From assembly GCA_964627085.1 (NCBI GenBank), contig CAZVIP010000001.1, forward strand, positions 3,654 through 67,653: a stretch of DNA of 64,000 nt, given 5' to 3'. This DNA is from an uncultured Candidatus Saccharibacteria bacterium (GTDB taxonomy: Bacteria > Patescibacteriota > Minisyncoccia > Phycocordibacterales > CAIZLB01). This document shows, piece after piece, positions 31,040 to 41,059 of the stretch; the stretch's first letter is position 1, and each line of letters opens with the position of its first letter. The position numbers and the translations under genes are program-made. Below the pieces are notes generated by a model, which saw only the letters and a list, made by a program, of their open reading frames with translations, did no database searches and was not told the DNA's origin.

Positions 31040-32140
31040 ATGTCAAAACCATTCAAAATCACAAAACAAGAACCAGTCAAAGACGTACATTGCGAAATTG
31101 ATGTTCATGTAGAAATTTCAGAAGAAGAACTTACAAAATTCCGCGCAGAAGCAATCAAGAGTTTGAGTGCCGCTGTCAAAATTGACGGTTTCCGAGAAGG
31201 AAAGGTTCCAGAGAAAATGATTGTCGACCGATTCGGTGAAATCGCAGTTCTCGAAGAAGCGGGTCAGCTCGCTCTTGAGAAACACTATGGCGATATCATT
31301 GTGGCCACAGAACTTAAGCCAATTGGTTCACCAAAGGTTCTTATTACAAAAGTTGCCCCAGGTGAGGCTTTTGGAGTAAAGATGAATTTCTCAGTTCTTC
31401 CAGAAGTAAAGATTGCTGACTACAAAAAATTCAGCAAGGACGCTTTTAACCTAGATGAAAAAGCTCAAAAAGAAGCATCAGCTAGACTTGAAGTTACTGA
31501 CAAGGAAATTGACGATGCAATCAAAAATCTCCAAGACCAAGTTTCACATCAGGAATGGCACGATGCTCATCCAGAAGATCACAGTCATGATCATGGAAAA
31601 AGCGAAGGCAAAGAAATTGAACTTCCTGAAGTTAATGAAGATTTCATCAAGAAATTCGGTGATTTCAAAACAGTTGAAGAATTCCGAGCAAAAATCGCAG
31701 ATGGTATGAAACAAGAAAAAGGTAGAAAAGAAGTTGAAAAAGCACGTCTTTCACTTATGGAGAAGCTTATTGAAAAATCTGATATCAAAGTCCCTCGCCT
31801 CATGATTGATTCAGAGCTCAATCGTATGCTCGCAGAAATGTCAGCACAGATTTCTGAGATGGGTATGAAACTTGAAGATTACCTAAAGCACATCCACAAA
31901 ACAGAAGATGATATTCGCAAGGAGTGGGAGAGTGATGCTGAAAAACGTGTTAAAACACAAATCATCATGACTGAAATTGCTGTTGCCGAAAAACTCGAAC
32001 CAGCAAAAGAAGCTATTGAAAAAGAAGTAAACACTCTCATGAGTATGTACAAAGACGCAGACCGCATGCGCGCAACAATCTATGTAGAACAATTCCTCAC
32101 AAATGACTTAGTGTGGAAATTCTTGGAGGCAGTGAAGTAA
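31040..32140 (+). CDS. tig: Trigger factor lacking the FKBP/PPIase domain
   Basis: N-terminal ribosome-binding motif GFREGKVP and C-terminal TF arm domain. The central PPIase region is replaced by a short His/Asp-rich linker. Confidence 0.8.
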   Translation: MSKPFKITKQEPVKDVHCEIDVHVEISEEELTKFRAEAIKSLSAAVKIDGFREGKVPEKMIVDRFGEIAVLEEAGQLALEKHYGDIIVATELKPIGSPKVLITKVAPGEAFGVKMNFSVLPEVKIADYKKFSKDAFNLDEKAQKEASARLEVTDKEIDDAIKNLQDQVSHQEWHDAHPEDHSHDHGKSEGKEIELPEVNEDFIKKFGDFKTVEEFRAKIADGMKQEKGRKEVEKARLSLMEKLIEKSDIKVPRLMIDSELNRMLAEMSAQISEMGMKLEDYLKHIHKTEDDIRKEWESDAEKRVKTQIIMTEIAVAEKLEPAKEAIEKEVNTLMSMYKDADRMRATIYVEQFLTNDLVWKFLEAVK

Positions 32141-32226
32141 TTGGATTAAAGCATTCAAGGTATACAGATATAAAGTTACACTTTAGAGAAAAGAGCACGA
32201 CCCTTCCGGGTTGTGCTCTTTTTGCA

Positions 32227-32892
32227 TTAGCTTTGGTTAGTTGCGATTCCTGGGCTCGCTCCATATACCAAATAGCCGACCTCGTCCAGACCCCACGGAC
32301 TACTCCAATTTCCAAGTGGACTCACGAGCCCAATTCGATTTGGATACTTCGGATCAAACATTGGCACAGCCCATGTGCCGGAGGCTAACTTATGCAGTGA
32401 TCCAAGAGCAATTATCTTCCGTCCAGAATTCCGCACCACCTCTGACTCAGGGCTCTTCAAATATGCATACAGCATCTCAAAAGTTGCCAGCTTATATTTC
32501 ATTGACCTCAAGGTGTAATACCTTTGCTTCCGACTTCCATCTTCAAAAACAACCCACCACAATTCACGACCGTCGAGACCTGGATGAAACCCTCGTAAAA
32601 TATCATACGCGCTTTCATTAAAAATATAATCCATCGGTCCAACTGAGTCATACAAAGTATTTAGTGAATATAGTTCACCTACTTCAAATGATTTGACCTC
32701 AAGTGAGTCCAGTCGTCTGGGTAATTTCATCTTTCCAGGTATAAGCTTACCATCTTCAAGGAATCTATTTTTATTCACGACGTAAGTGATGTTTGTGACC
32801 GTTTCATCCACTTTGCGTGCATATGGCAACCAATCAGGATCACTGGCCACGATTTCAGCAAATTTAGGAATTAGTATTTTGGTTTTATTCAT
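32227..32892 (-). CDS. Hypothetical protein (partner gene of TrmB-like paralog 1)
   Basis: Long ORF. Start placed at MNKTKILIPKF. No recognisable family. Confidence 0.5.
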   Translation of the reverse strand: MNKTKILIPKFAEIVASDPDWLPYARKVDETVTNITYVVNKNRFLEDGKLIPGKMKLPRRLDSLEVKSFEVGELYSLNTLYDSVGPMDYIFNESAYDILRGFHPGLDGRELWWVVFEDGSRKQRYYTLRSMKYKLATFEMLYAYLKSPESEVVRNSGRKIIALGSLHKLASGTWAVPMFDPKYPNRIGLVSPLGNWSSPWGLDEVGYLVYGASPGIATNQS

Positions 32893-33096
32893 AGCATTTT
32901 TGTTTGTGTATTCTAAAGGAGCATCAAGGTGACAAGGGTAGCAAATGTCTATATGCAGCCATATTTTATTGATCTTTCGCAATCTACCCGGTGACAAGTT
33001 TTGTCAGGCTTTGATTGTGATAAATTAACACCTTTCTCCGAAAAAAATATAGGACGAACGCACACATACGTCAAAGTGTTGACACATATTGACAAC

Positions 33097-33855
33097 ATGT
33101 ATACCATATCAGTCATGGAACTCCTAACGGAAAAAGAAAAACAAATACTGGCCTCTTTATACAAAAATGGCTCAAGTCCAATTAGTAAAATCGCTAAGGA
33201 TACCCTCATAAATAGAACAGCCCTCTATCACACCTTTGATCTATTAATTAAAAAAGGGTTAATCAACAAAAGCATTCGGGAGAACACTTCATACTTTGCA
33301 CCCCTACCACTACCTGAATTTAGAGAATGGCTCAAAAAGCAAAAAAGCCAACTAGAAAAAGAAACCGACTCACTAAGTCAGTGGTCAAAAAATGTTAAGC
33401 AAAACTCGGGCGACAACCTTCAGACCGAAATCAAATACTATTCGGGTATTGAGGGGATGGAATATCTATATGCGGATGGCCTCAGGGATAATCCAGGAAA
33501 AGAAATCCTAGCCATTACAGACTACGATAAAGCTTATACAGAATTTAAAGGCTTCTTTGAGAATGAATATTTCCCTACCCGCGTAAAAAAAGGTATCCAT
33601 GTAAAAAGCATCGTGTCCGAAGATTCACCAGCAGGTAAAAAAGATATATCGAGAAAACAAGATCTTCTACGTCAAATGAAATTTGCAAACATATTCAAAG
33701 ATTTAGGCATCGAGCTCAACATATACAATGACAAGGTCTCTATCATTTCTCTTGATAAAAAGAACCCGACCGGCATCATCCTTAAAAACAAAATCATAAA
33801 CAATGCCTTTAGAGAGATCTTTAATTTTATTTGGAAGAATTCAAAAAGTAGGTAA
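33097..33855 (+). CDS. TrmB-like winged-HTH transcriptional regulator, paralog 1
   Basis: N-terminal TrmB-type HTH (EKQILASLYKNGSSPISKIAKDTLINRTALYHTFDLLIKKGLI). C-terminal domain shared with the five paralogs below. Hairpin terminator at 33880-33925. Confidence 0.7.
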   Translation: MYTISVMELLTEKEKQILASLYKNGSSPISKIAKDTLINRTALYHTFDLLIKKGLINKSIRENTSYFAPLPLPEFREWLKKQKSQLEKETDSLSQWSKNVKQNSGDNLQTEIKYYSGIEGMEYLYADGLRDNPGKEILAITDYDKAYTEFKGFFENEYFPTRVKKGIHVKSIVSEDSPAGKKDISRKQDLLRQMKFANIFKDLGIELNIYNDKVSIISLDKKNPTGIILKNKIINNAFREIFNFIWKNSKSR

Positions 33856-33952
33856 AAAGTAGGCAAATTTGCTCAATCCAGACGTTATAATACCCGCCCA
33901 AATTGCTCGGGGCGGGTATTTGATTTGTGTCGGTGCTGTTGCACCGATGATT

Positions 33953-34387
33953 TTAGCGCGCGAACCGGGCAAGCCGGTTGCGTCGGGCGTTTGCCTGGCG
34001 CGCGGTGTGGAAGGTGACAAACATCACACCAACAGCTAAAACGTCAAAGAGAAAGACGGTGCCTAACATTGCCTTGTGCACGATATTGGCATAACTGCCA
34101 TTACCATGCAGTTGGACTGACTTGCGAACCATCTCCCCGACACAGCCGGTGAAAAAAGTTGCAGCCAAGACTGAGAAGCATGTTAGGAGAAAGTCAACCT
34201 CCTGCCGATTGAACATCGGCACTTTCGGCTGACTTGCTTTCAACTCTGCCTCATAGACGGCGCGGTCTTCTGCTACTCGGCGAGCAATCTCTGCGGGAGA
34301 GAGAAACTTTACACGGATCTTGACGGTCTGCTTTTTAAGGGTGTCGCCTGAATTTTTTGGCCGTGATTGGTCATCGAACTGATTCAT
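33953..34387 (-). CDS. Hypothetical membrane protein, high-GC (foreign-looking) gene
   Basis: 144 aa. Soluble N-terminal region followed by two predicted TM helices. Local GC is about 55-60% against about 38% in neighbours. Confidence 0.5.
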   Translation of the reverse strand: MNQFDDQSRPKNSGDTLKKQTVKIRVKFLSPAEIARRVAEDRAVYEAELKASQPKVPMFNRQEVDFLLTCFSVLAATFFTGCVGEMVRKSVQLHGNGSYANIVHKAMLGTVFLFDVLAVGVMFVTFHTARQANARRNRLARFAR

Positions 34388-34602
34388 GGGATTTTCTGGG
34401 TTGTGGCCTTTTGGGCCGGGTTGGTGGATTTGTTGTTGGTTCGCTACGTCCCACGGTGACAGTTTGTCAGAGTGATAGAAACGGTAAGATGGAAAGAATA
34501 TCCTTGTATATTATACTACTTTTGGTGGTTTTGTCAATGTTTTGTCCTCCCTTGTCCCCTTAAGACCTAGAATTACCTGCAATACCCGGCCAGAAGCCAG
34601 AC

Positions 34603-35619
34603 CTACTGCAAGATATTATAAATCCCATCATTGATTTTCTGTTCCTCACCAAAGGCTTGTTTTCGAGCTTCTTTGTAGAGCATATACATGGCTACAATTT
34701 GTGCATAGCTTTTGGCCTGCTGGACGAGTTGATCAGCGTATGTTTTCGCCATATCCCCTGTCATTTTTCCGAGGAGTTCATTTTGGGCCAAAGCGCCAAC
34801 ACCTATACTCACCGCACCCACAATTGCAGTTGTTGTCGCAGACACAATACTTCCAACTGCATCAGTTCCGAGATTGAGGATGAGTGCCTTTTTGAATGCT
34901 TCAGTTTTTGAGACTTCATTGAGCGCATTCATTTCTGTGACCACAATCAGGAACACATCGCGAGGCATAGCCTGGAGAGTCACGTGATCAAGGAAAATAA
35001 ACCAAGAGTATCTTGTCTTGATTCTTACATAGTATGAAAGCACCAAAATTACTGCGAGCAATACTACAAAATATCCGATGACTATAGGTAGCACCATATT
35101 TGAAGCGATACTAAATGATCCAATAATATTTACCGTACTCATAACTGGATCCAAAGATAATATAGTCGCACCTTTTGTAAATACAAAAATAATTGATGCA
35201 ATAAATAGCAAAACTAGAAGTTGAATGAGGAGCTGATATTTAAAAAACATTCTCACACGAAAATGTATCGTTTGCTTAAATAGCTTTTTTGAAATCTTTG
35301 AGCTCTGGTCTGGAGTGAGCTCTCTTTTATCAAAAAATGAATCAATCCAAATATTTTTCTCTGTCTCAAACACAAATGTAAAAAACCAAGAATAAATTAG
35401 AGCGAAAATAACATAGGTCACCGCAACATAGATATACGGCGCAGAGAGTAAGAGTGAAGTAAAAGCTTCTTTGCCCATAGCCTGTACACCCAAATACCCA
35501 ATACCGATTGCAAGTAGTGCTGGCCAGACAATAATAAAAGTCCTCCACATCAATGTCTTTTTTCGCAAATTAAGTTGCGCACCAATGGTCGAGATAATCT
35601 CTTTATATGTTGTATTCAT
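34603..35619 (-). CDS. Hypothetical polytopic membrane protein
   Basis: 338 aa with at least six hydrophobic helices and a C-terminal amphipathic segment. Co-oriented downstream of the helicase gene. Confidence 0.55.
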   Translation of the reverse strand: MNTTYKEIISTIGAQLNLRKKTLMWRTFIIVWPALLAIGIGYLGVQAMGKEAFTSLLLSAPYIYVAVTYVIFALIYSWFFTFVFETEKNIWIDSFFDKRELTPDQSSKISKKLFKQTIHFRVRMFFKYQLLIQLLVLLFIASIIFVFTKGATILSLDPVMSTVNIIGSFSIASNMVLPIVIGYFVVLLAVILVLSYYVRIKTRYSWFIFLDHVTLQAMPRDVFLIVVTEMNALNEVSKTEAFKKALILNLGTDAVGSIVSATTTAIVGAVSIGVGALAQNELLGKMTGDMAKTYADQLVQQAKSYAQIVAMYMLYKEARKQAFGEEQKINDGIYNILQ

Positions 35620-35826
35620 GCATTAAATTATCTCGTGAAATTGTGCGGGGTGCAAATGTTAAAACCCTCCTACACCATTTCTGATGCGGGAGGGGTCTTT
35701 GAGTTTATGGATAACTCAATCTTCAAATCTGGCTTTAATACCTGATCTTTAGAAACCTGTGGAGATACCACTATGTGGTGTAACGAGACACCTTGTTGGA
35801 ACAATTAATGTTGAATCAATTGCTTG

Positions 35827-38157
35827 TTACTTTTTCTTGCCAAGGAACTTGGGCCACCCTGGGAAGTTAGCATAATATACGGCAGGTGCACTCGGAAGAC
35901 GCGGGTCTTCTTTGTATCTCTTCTTATATTCTTCCACCGTCCTAATTCCCAATGCAATCACAGCTTTCGATGCTTTTCGCCATGTTGCATAGTAATCCTT
36001 TTTGGTTCCTCCGAGAAATATAGGCCAGCCGGGCCAATCTAAGGGGTAGACAAGATGGGGATTACTTGGAAGACGCGGATCTTCTGTGTACCGTTTAATA
36101 TAATCAATTTTACCTTCAATCCCTTTGGCAATCGCAGCTTTGCTTGCTTCTTCACATGTGCCATAGAAGCTCTTTGTCAAACCTCCAAAGAACACAGTGT
36201 AGCCTGGCCAGTCAGAGTAGTAGACATCAGGAGTGCTTGGAAGACGAGGATCTTCTTTGCACCTATTTTTATATTCTCTCATACTTTCAATCCCTTTTGC
36301 TACCACAGCTTTCGAAGCTTCTTGCCATGTTCCATAGAAATCTTTTTTGGACCCACCAAAGAACACAGTATAGCCAGGAAAGTCTGAGTAGTAGGTATGG
36401 GGAGTACTTGGAAGACGAGGATCTTCTTTGCACCTTGAAGTATATTCTTTACAATTCCTGATCCCTGATGCAATCACTGCTTTCGAAGCTTCTTGCCATG
36501 TTCCATAGAAGCTTTTTGCAGAGCCTCCGAGAAATACACGCCAGCAAGGAAAATCTGAGTAGTACCTATCAGGTGCACTTGGAAGACGCGGATCTTCTGT
36601 GTACCGTTTAATATAATCTATTTTACCTTCAATCCCTTTAGCAATCGCGGCTTTGCTTGCTTCTGCACAGGTCTCATAGAAATTCTTCGCAGAACCCCCG
36701 AGAAACACCGTATAGCCTGGGAAGTCAGTATAATAAACATGAGGCGCACTCGGAAGACGAGAATCTTCTCTGTGTCTAGACCTATAGTCTCTCAGATTTT
36801 CAATTCCCATCGCAATCGCCGCCTCACTCGCTTCTGCACAAGTACCATAGAAGTTCTTCTTCAAAGAAGCGTAGAACTCGATGAGCTCCAGCGCCTCTTT
36901 TTCAAAAGTATACGTGATACCCTCGAACTTAATTACGAGAGTTTTCTTATGCTGAATTTTCTGTGAACTACTAAGTGCAGCACCAAAGGTTTGAAACAAG
37001 CTATCTAGCTTTTGCCTATTATGAGCAAAGTCCAGAACAGTGAGTTTCTTTTTACCCTTAGTAGCCAAACGAAGTCCACGACCTACTTGCTGAATCCAGG
37101 CATTTTTGAATCCATGGGCACGTAAGAGCACAACAAGATCAACGGCCGGAATATCAACCCCTTCGTTAAGTGCGTCAACCGCGGCGATATACCGAAGCTG
37201 ACCAGACTTAAATGCTTCAAGAGTTTCTTCATTCCGTTTCCTTATCCTACTCATACTTTTCGTCCCATCGGTTGAACCCGAGTGAAGCGCTTTGCAGCTA
37301 GGCATGAGTTCCGCAATCAGGTTCGCATGGGCAATATTTCTGCAGAATACCAAACCGTGTGTGCATGTATGCTCGAGGATTTTGTTGACAAACTCTTGCT
37401 CCTGCTCTCTGACCAAGACTTCATGTTTTATTTCATCTGGATCATGTTGACTCCTGACGCGGTCTTTCTCCGCCTCTATCTTTCCTTTGAGAGCGTCATC
37501 AAATGTGCCCCCAACAAAATGATAGTCAACATGAGGGAACAACCCTCTTTTGAGTGCGGTTTCACCATCGAGCAGATACGACTCTTCACCAAAGAGGTCT
37601 TTGATGTTGCGACGATCTGCTCTATCTGGAGTTGCAGTCATGCCAAGTTTATATGCCACAAAATGCTCGAGGGTTGGTCTATAGGTATCCGCTTGGCTCC
37701 AATGGGATTCATCCACTGTCACCACGTCGAAATACTTTTTATCCCATCGATACAAGTTTTTACCCATGGTCTGCCATGTAGCAAAGACAAACCGAGCTTG
37801 GTGTGCCTTCTTCTTTGAACTCTGTCCATTATACGAGGCCATGGAAACGGTATTGCCAAAGAAAGCTTTAAACGCCTTCATTGCCTGCACCAGGATGTAG
37901 TTGTTGTGCACGAGGAATAGCACTCTACCCGTCTCACCTTTTGACAGATAATCCAGTAGTGCCTGAACAATATGCATGGATGTAATGGTCTTTCCGAGGC
38001 CTGTGCCCATAACTAGCAAGGCCTGGTGTTTCTTGATTAGATCACTTAAGCAGGCTTCTACGGCCTCTGTTTGGTATGGACGTAGTGTGATTTTATTTTT
38101 TGGATTTGTTTGTTTTGCTAGTTTCGGTGTTTTTGTTGATTTTGTTGTTTTTTTCAT
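35827..38157 (-). CDS. Superfamily-2 (ResIII/DEAD-like) helicase with six C-terminal 57-aa tandem repeats of the integrase-type repeat unit
   Basis: Motifs I (GTGLGKT), II (VDESHW), III (MTATP) and VI (QQVGRGLR). The C-terminal 345 aa are six repeats of F[YW]xTxxEASKAxIAxGIxxxxEYxxRxKEDPRLPSxPxxxYxDFPGWxxFLGG. Confidence 0.85.
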   Translation of the reverse strand: MKKTTKSTKTPKLAKQTNPKNKITLRPYQTEAVEACLSDLIKKHQALLVMGTGLGKTITSMHIVQALLDYLSKGETGRVLFLVHNNYILVQAMKAFKAFFGNTVSMASYNGQSSKKKAHQARFVFATWQTMGKNLYRWDKKYFDVVTVDESHWSQADTYRPTLEHFVAYKLGMTATPDRADRRNIKDLFGEESYLLDGETALKRGLFPHVDYHFVGGTFDDALKGKIEAEKDRVRSQHDPDEIKHEVLVREQEQEFVNKILEHTCTHGLVFCRNIAHANLIAELMPSCKALHSGSTDGTKSMSRIRKRNEETLEAFKSGQLRYIAAVDALNEGVDIPAVDLVVLLRAHGFKNAWIQQVGRGLRLATKGKKKLTVLDFAHNRQKLDSLFQTFGAALSSSQKIQHKKTLVIKFEGITYTFEKEALELIEFYASLKKNFYGTCAEASEAAIAMGIENLRDYRSRHREDSRLPSAPHVYYTDFPGYTVFLGGSAKNFYETCAEASKAAIAKGIEGKIDYIKRYTEDPRLPSAPDRYYSDFPCWRVFLGGSAKSFYGTWQEASKAVIASGIRNCKEYTSRCKEDPRLPSTPHTYYSDFPGYTVFFGGSKKDFYGTWQEASKAVVAKGIESMREYKNRCKEDPRLPSTPDVYYSDWPGYTVFFGGLTKSFYGTCEEASKAAIAKGIEGKIDYIKRYTEDPRLPSNPHLVYPLDWPGWPIFLGGTKKDYYATWRKASKAVIALGIRTVEEYKKRYKEDPRLPSAPAVYYANFPGWPKFLGKKK
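35830..36870 (-). repeat. Intragenic tandem repeat array (6 x 171 bp) encoding the helicase C-terminal repeats; units 2 and 5 near-identical at DNA level
   Basis: About 95-nt near-identical segments at 36061-36160 and 36572-36672 (cttggaagacgcggatcttctgtgtaccgtttaatataatc...), 3 units apart. Confidence 0.85.
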
Positions 38158-38461
38158 ACTGATTTTCTAGGTTTCTGAGTTTTTGTTGTTTCTGGTTAGA
38201 CACGAAGCAGTTCAATGTCAAAGAACTTTGCCTCCTTTTATTCAATTGGTACCAACCAACTGAATTTAGAGACAACAATAGAATAACTGTGTCAATAGTA
38301 TATTCAAACATCATAAATGCTGTTTTGCATTCAGGGACTATATATAAGGCTATTGCGGATATCTTTATTTTTGTCAAAAATATTGACTAAATTTAGATTG
38401 AGTATAAAATAGGGTAAAAGGCGCAAAAACACGGAAATTTGATCAAAAATTCACCTAGAAT

Positions 38462-39211
38462 ATGCAAACAACATCAAAACCACTGGAACAAACCCTTAAA
38501 AATATAGGTTTTGAGGATAAAGAGGCGAAAATATACCTCGCCCTACTTCAACTTGGACCTAGTGATGCAAAGGCAATTAGTGGAAAGTCAGGAATCAAAA
38601 AACCAACCACATATGTCATTTTGGAGAGTCTACGTCAGAAAAATGCGGTGCTCTTTCTCCCTAATGCCAAAAAGAAATTATTTGCAGCCAAAAAACCTGA
38701 TGAAATATTTGAGGAAGCAAATAAGCGTATACATTCTGCATTTAGCCAACTCCCCCTTCTGAATGCACTCTCTCGAAACTCCAAGGAAAAAGCTATGGTC
38801 ACCTATTATGAAGGAAAGGCTGGCTACGCACAGGCTATGCAATATAAACAAGATGAGGTTATACGAATAGGTGAACTCCCTTGTTATTTTGCAGCTGCAT
38901 TTAATATTGACCCGGATATCCTGGTTGCTGTGGACAAATACATGAGTCACCTCAAGAAAAACAAAGTGCACTTACGTGGTTTTGCACCAGAACATGAAAC
39001 TATTCACTTTTATCAATCAAAAGATCCTGAATTCTTGAGCGATATCAAAATTCTTCCTTATGAGGTGTATAGCGGTAGATCATCAATTGAGATTAGCGAA
39101 ACCTTTGTGAGATTCACTTTATTTGAAGAGCAGATGTTCGTAATCATAGACAACACTGAAATTGCAAAAATCATGAAGCAGATCTTCGAAATGAATTGGA
39201 GGGCGTATTAA
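38462..39211 (+). CDS. TrmB-like winged-HTH transcriptional regulator, paralog 2
   Basis: EAKIYLALLQLGPSDAKAISGKSGIKKPTTYVILESLRQKNAV HTH. Divergent from the helicase gene. Confidence 0.7.
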   Translation: MQTTSKPLEQTLKNIGFEDKEAKIYLALLQLGPSDAKAISGKSGIKKPTTYVILESLRQKNAVLFLPNAKKKLFAAKKPDEIFEEANKRIHSAFSQLPLLNALSRNSKEKAMVTYYEGKAGYAQAMQYKQDEVIRIGELPCYFAAAFNIDPDILVAVDKYMSHLKKNKVHLRGFAPEHETIHFYQSKDPEFLSDIKILPYEVYSGRSSIEISETFVRFTLFEEQMFVIIDNTEIAKIMKQIFEMNWRAY

Positions 39212-39257
39212 ATAACCACACTTAGTATTCCAGATAAAACTGTAAAGTGTAAAAACT

Positions 39258-40016
39258 TTAAGCGAGCATACTCACTCCCACAATCGCCGCAGTCTCTGCT
39301 CTTAAAACAAATTGCCCGAGTGCAAGTGGTGTGATATTTTCTTTCATAAATAATTCAATCTCTTCATCTGTCCATCCGCCTTCTGGGCCTATAAATATTG
39401 CTTTGTTCTTTGTTTCTTTTAAATCTACTTTAATATTTTCATTTGAAATGTGACCGAAGAATACTGCATTATTTGTTTTCTTTGCGAGAACAATTGCATC
39501 TTTGAGTTCTATGATTTCACCAATGACAGGTATATCCATTCGTCCGCTCTGCTCACTTGCTTCTATTGCAAGTTTATTTAGACGCTCGAAATTAAGGCCT
39601 GACTTCACTGTTCGCTCTGTCATAACCGGGATAATTGATGTGACACCAAGTTCAGTTGCCTTTTCTACAACTAGATCAAAATTACTATTTTTAATAATTG
39701 CCATATAAAGTGTGGTGTGTGTTCGGGGTAAATTACCAAGCTCAGTTGAAGCCGCTCTGTCTTGTTCTACCCATGTAAGCACAGCACCTTTTTTGCGCTC
39801 AAGAGAAATAAATTCTGCAAGCCACTCTCCTATTTTTTCATTATAAATAAGCACCCTGTCGCCTTTGCTCATTCTAAAAATATCTCTCCACTGATGGATG
39901 AGTTGTTCTTCACGTCCATGTCCCTCACTATTAATACCTGTTGTTTCAAAGCCAATACGAAATTCAGCCCCAACCTCTGGTGAAAAATCCGCCAAATAAA
40001 ATCGATGTAGTCGCAT
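39258..40016 (-). CDS. rsmE: 16S rRNA (uracil1498-N3)-methyltransferase RsmE
   Basis: MRLHRFY N-terminus, PUA-like N-terminal domain, IGPEGGWTDEE and RAETA SPOUT motifs. Confidence 0.88.
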   Translation of the reverse strand: MRLHRFYLADFSPEVGAEFRIGFETTGINSEGHGREEQLIHQWRDIFRMSKGDRVLIYNEKIGEWLAEFISLERKKGAVLTWVEQDRAASTELGNLPRTHTTLYMAIIKNSNFDLVVEKATELGVTSIIPVMTERTVKSGLNFERLNKLAIEASEQSGRMDIPVIGEIIELKDAIVLAKKTNNAVFFGHISNENIKVDLKETKNKAIFIGPEGGWTDEEIELFMKENITPLALGQFVLRAETAAIVGVSMLA

Positions 40017-40068
40017 ATGTCACTATCATGCAGGATTTGGCGATGAATTGCAAAAGTTAATAACAAAT

Positions 40069-40914
40069 CTATTTATCCAGTTTTGCATTCCATGACAACT
40101 CAAAAATCATTTTCATTAGCCCGTGTATTGTTTTGTCTTCGATTATTACACCAGTGAAATTATCATCTTCGAGATTCACTATTGAGACCTTGTTCTCGCC
40201 GTATATTGTTATTTCTGCGTTATACGCAAAGATACCTGCTGGGACGAATTTCATCAATGGTATAATCGACTCCTTAAAACCGTCATAGTTTCGCGCGGTA
40301 AAACCCTTATCACTTTCTGTCTCTGGGACAATTGCTCTAGTTGCAATACCCATACGTTCTTTTTCTCTGCGATATTTTTTAAAAAAATTGTCGGGAAGGG
40401 CTTGCTCGAGCTTTGTCGCATTTGCCCAAGCGAGCATTTCATATGCAACTTCAACTTGAATATGATCTTCATATACATTGATAACCCCGTCTATTCCTTG
40501 ATAATAAGTTACTTTCGGCCTCTCTGTTTTATGCATCAAATCTTGAATAATCGGCAGGATGGTTTGTGCTTGATTGATTTCATCTTGAATAAGGGACAGC
40601 TTTGACTTTGTATACTTGAGTAGCTTGGACGGGTTCTCTAGCTGATAAAATAGTTTATTCTTTTTTTCCACCTCATTTACAACCCCCTTTACCGACATTT
40701 GGAGCAATAACGAATACACAGTACCCCTCTTAATGCCCGTGTATTCAGCAATCTTTGATGGAAAGGCCCCTCCAAGTTCCAATAAAGCCAGATAAATCAG
40801 TGATTCCTTCTCATTTAAACCAGATTTTTGAAGTTTTTTAAGCAGGATCTCATTCTTGATTTTCATGATTAAATTATAATTTTTTAGGTTACTTTTGTCA
40901 ATTTGTTCTGACAA
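40069..40914 (-). CDS. TrmB-like winged-HTH transcriptional regulator, paralog 3
   Basis: EKESLIYLALLELGGAFPSKIAEYTGIKRGTVYSLLLQMSVKGVV HTH. Shared C-terminal domain ending FELSW. Confidence 0.7.
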   Translation of the reverse strand: MSEQIDKSNLKNYNLIMKIKNEILLKKLQKSGLNEKESLIYLALLELGGAFPSKIAEYTGIKRGTVYSLLLQMSVKGVVNEVEKKNKLFYQLENPSKLLKYTKSKLSLIQDEINQAQTILPIIQDLMHKTERPKVTYYQGIDGVINVYEDHIQVEVAYEMLAWANATKLEQALPDNFFKKYRREKERMGIATRAIVPETESDKGFTARNYDGFKESIIPLMKFVPAGIFAYNAEITIYGENKVSIVNLEDDNFTGVIIEDKTIHGLMKMIFELSWNAKLDK

Positions 40915-41059
40915 AAATATATTTATTCAATAATATTGTTTATATAAGCCATATTATGGATTCTTATTGATATTCTTGCACAATACTATTTACAATACTG
41001 TATATTTGTTGCAGAAAAGAACAAGCCGTTCTTTCCACAACCAAAAACCCAAAATCAGT

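Noticed and set aside
38093-38377. 94-aa minus-strand ORF overlapping the helicase start
   Set aside because: It overlaps the helicase 5' end and promoter region and is Lys/Asn low-complexity. It is most likely spurious.
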